Positions 56,431 through 64,000 of a stretch of 64,000 bases of DNA are shown piece by piece. The stretch is taken from positions 4,216,001 to 4,280,000 of the forward strand of contig OX597843.1 of NCBI GenBank assembly GCA_951406725.2. Reading direction: 5' to 3'. The stretch's first letter is position 1. The number at the start of each line of letters is the position of its first letter. The DNA is from Octopus vulgaris (Eukaryota). The notes under the pieces were generated by a model that worked only from the letters and a program-made list of their open reading frames with translations, ran no database searches and was not told where the DNA came from. The translations under genes and the position numbers were made by a program.

Positions 56431-57364
56431 GGTGTGGAGAGGGGAGACCGGTATGCATGGGCGACTACTGGTCTTCCATAAGTAACATTGCCCAGACTCG
56501 TGCCTCAGAGGGTAACTTTCTAGGAGCAATCCCATGGACATTCATGACCAAAGGGGGTCTTTACCCTTTACCCTATGTACATATAAGGGTATGGAGTGGG
56601 GAGGTTGGTATGCATGGGCGACTGCTGGTCTTCCATAAACAACCTTGCCCAGACTTGTGCCTCAGAGGGTAACTTTCTAGGTGCGATCCCATGGTCAGTC
56701 ATGACCAAAGGGGGTCACAATACCAGAGTGACCTTCTCCTAGAGACATGCTTTTACTAACGCTAAGGAGTACTTTTTTGACTGTGAGAAAATCTCATCAT
56801 AGACTTGTTGACAAATATCATCCTAGCAGTGACTCATAAGAATGACAGGTGTGTTTCACCCTACTTTGGGGCTTATCAGCGAAGTGTAGCTGGTACATGT
56901 CACTGTCAGGGACTTTATGTTGCCATGCTTTGATACTCCATACTTTGACAAAGTGTCCGTGGATCCGAGCATCCCAGAGGTCTTCCAGCACATCAGACAC
57001 CACCCTGAAATTTCCAAGGGCCCATGGTGTTACTAGATAATCATTGAACCTACACTAGGTTCATTCATCTTTTTCACCAGTTTTGTTTTTAATTCTGCTG
57101 GGTTTTCTAGGAACCCTCCGCACCAGTTGAGCTGGTAGAATTGTTACTGCACCAGGCAAAATGTCTTAACTGCATTTTTTCAAGATCTTTACATTCTGAG
57201 TTCAAATTTCATCGAAGTCAAGTTTTACCTTTCATCCTCCTGAGATTAATGGAATGAGTACCAGTTGAGCCCTGGGCTTAAATCAACTTAATCTCTTTCA
57301 AAGCTACAGGCCTTGTACTACAAAAGAAGAAGAAGAGGAGGAGGAGGAAGAAGAAGAAGAAGAA

Positions 57365-57396
<32 letters not shown>

Positions 57397-57624
57397 AGAA
57401 GAAGTGGAAGAAGAAGAGGAGGAGGAGGAGGAAGAAGAAGAAGACGAAGGAGGAGGAGAAGTGGAAGAAGAAGAAGGAAAAGAAGAGGAAGAAGAAGAAG
57501 GGGAAGAAGAAGAAGAAGAGGAGGAAGAAGAAGAAGAAGACAGCTACAACAACAAAACTACAGAAATGACAAAATCAACAACAACAACAACAAAAGATTT
57601 GTTTTTGGAGACAGAATTTTTTTT

Positions 57625-63625
<6,001 letters not shown>

Positions 63626-64000
63626 CTAGGGTATATAGAATAAGAGGGTATAGAATAGCAGGGCATAGAGAAAATATAGTATATTTATACAGTGTGTAGA
63701 ACAGTAGAGTGTATAGAAAATATAGTATTTTTTTTTTTACTTGTTTCAGTCATTTGACTGCGGCCATGCTGGAGCACCACCTTTAATCGAGCAACTCGAC
63801 CCCGGGACTTATTCTTTGTAAGCCCAGTACTTATTCTATTGGTCTCTTTTGCCGAACCGCTAAGTGACGGGGACGTAAACACACCAGCATCGGTTGTCAA
63901 GCAATGCTAGGGGGACAAACACAAACATACACACACACACATATATACATACATATACATATATGCAACAGTCTCCTTTCAATTTCCATCTACCAAATCC

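Noticed and set aside
56818-57004. Alternative terminal exon or ORF on minus (also 55706-55853)
   Set aside because: 57719-57625 has a better acceptor and completes the domain; these have no recognisable product and may be retroelement debris

Overview
Eukaryotic (animal) genomic DNA, AT-rich and saturated with microsatellites, SINEs and LINE remnants. The repeat landscape looks like an octopod cephalopod genome (inference, not proven). Nearly all ORFs in the supplied track are microsatellite or SINE artefacts. By manual GT-AG splicing I reconstructed three real intron-containing genes. (1) A complete 11-exon phospholipase B-like 2 (PLBD2-type lysosomal Ntn-hydrolase, 568 aa) on + at 7128-34784. 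(2) A complete 11-exon TTC5 (442 aa) on - at 53560-37382, convergent with PLBD2. (3) The last 5 exons of a - strand gene (63625-57625; its 5' part lies beyond the window), which ends in a divergent transcobalamin/intrinsic-factor-like beta domain preceded by a Q/N/H/P/Y-rich linker. The non-coding highlights are: at least seven minimal hammerhead-ribozyme motifs of Penelope-like type, three of them in sense orientation inside PLBD2 introns; several long intronic inverted repeats (candidate dsRNA/ADAR substrates); an M-box/CLEAR-like motif array in PLBD2 intron 1; a mariner-end-derived 252-bp higher-order tandem array; a triplicated segment just upstream of the PLBD2 ATG; and a triplicated 5' splice site in TTC5. 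Repeat boundaries are approximate.
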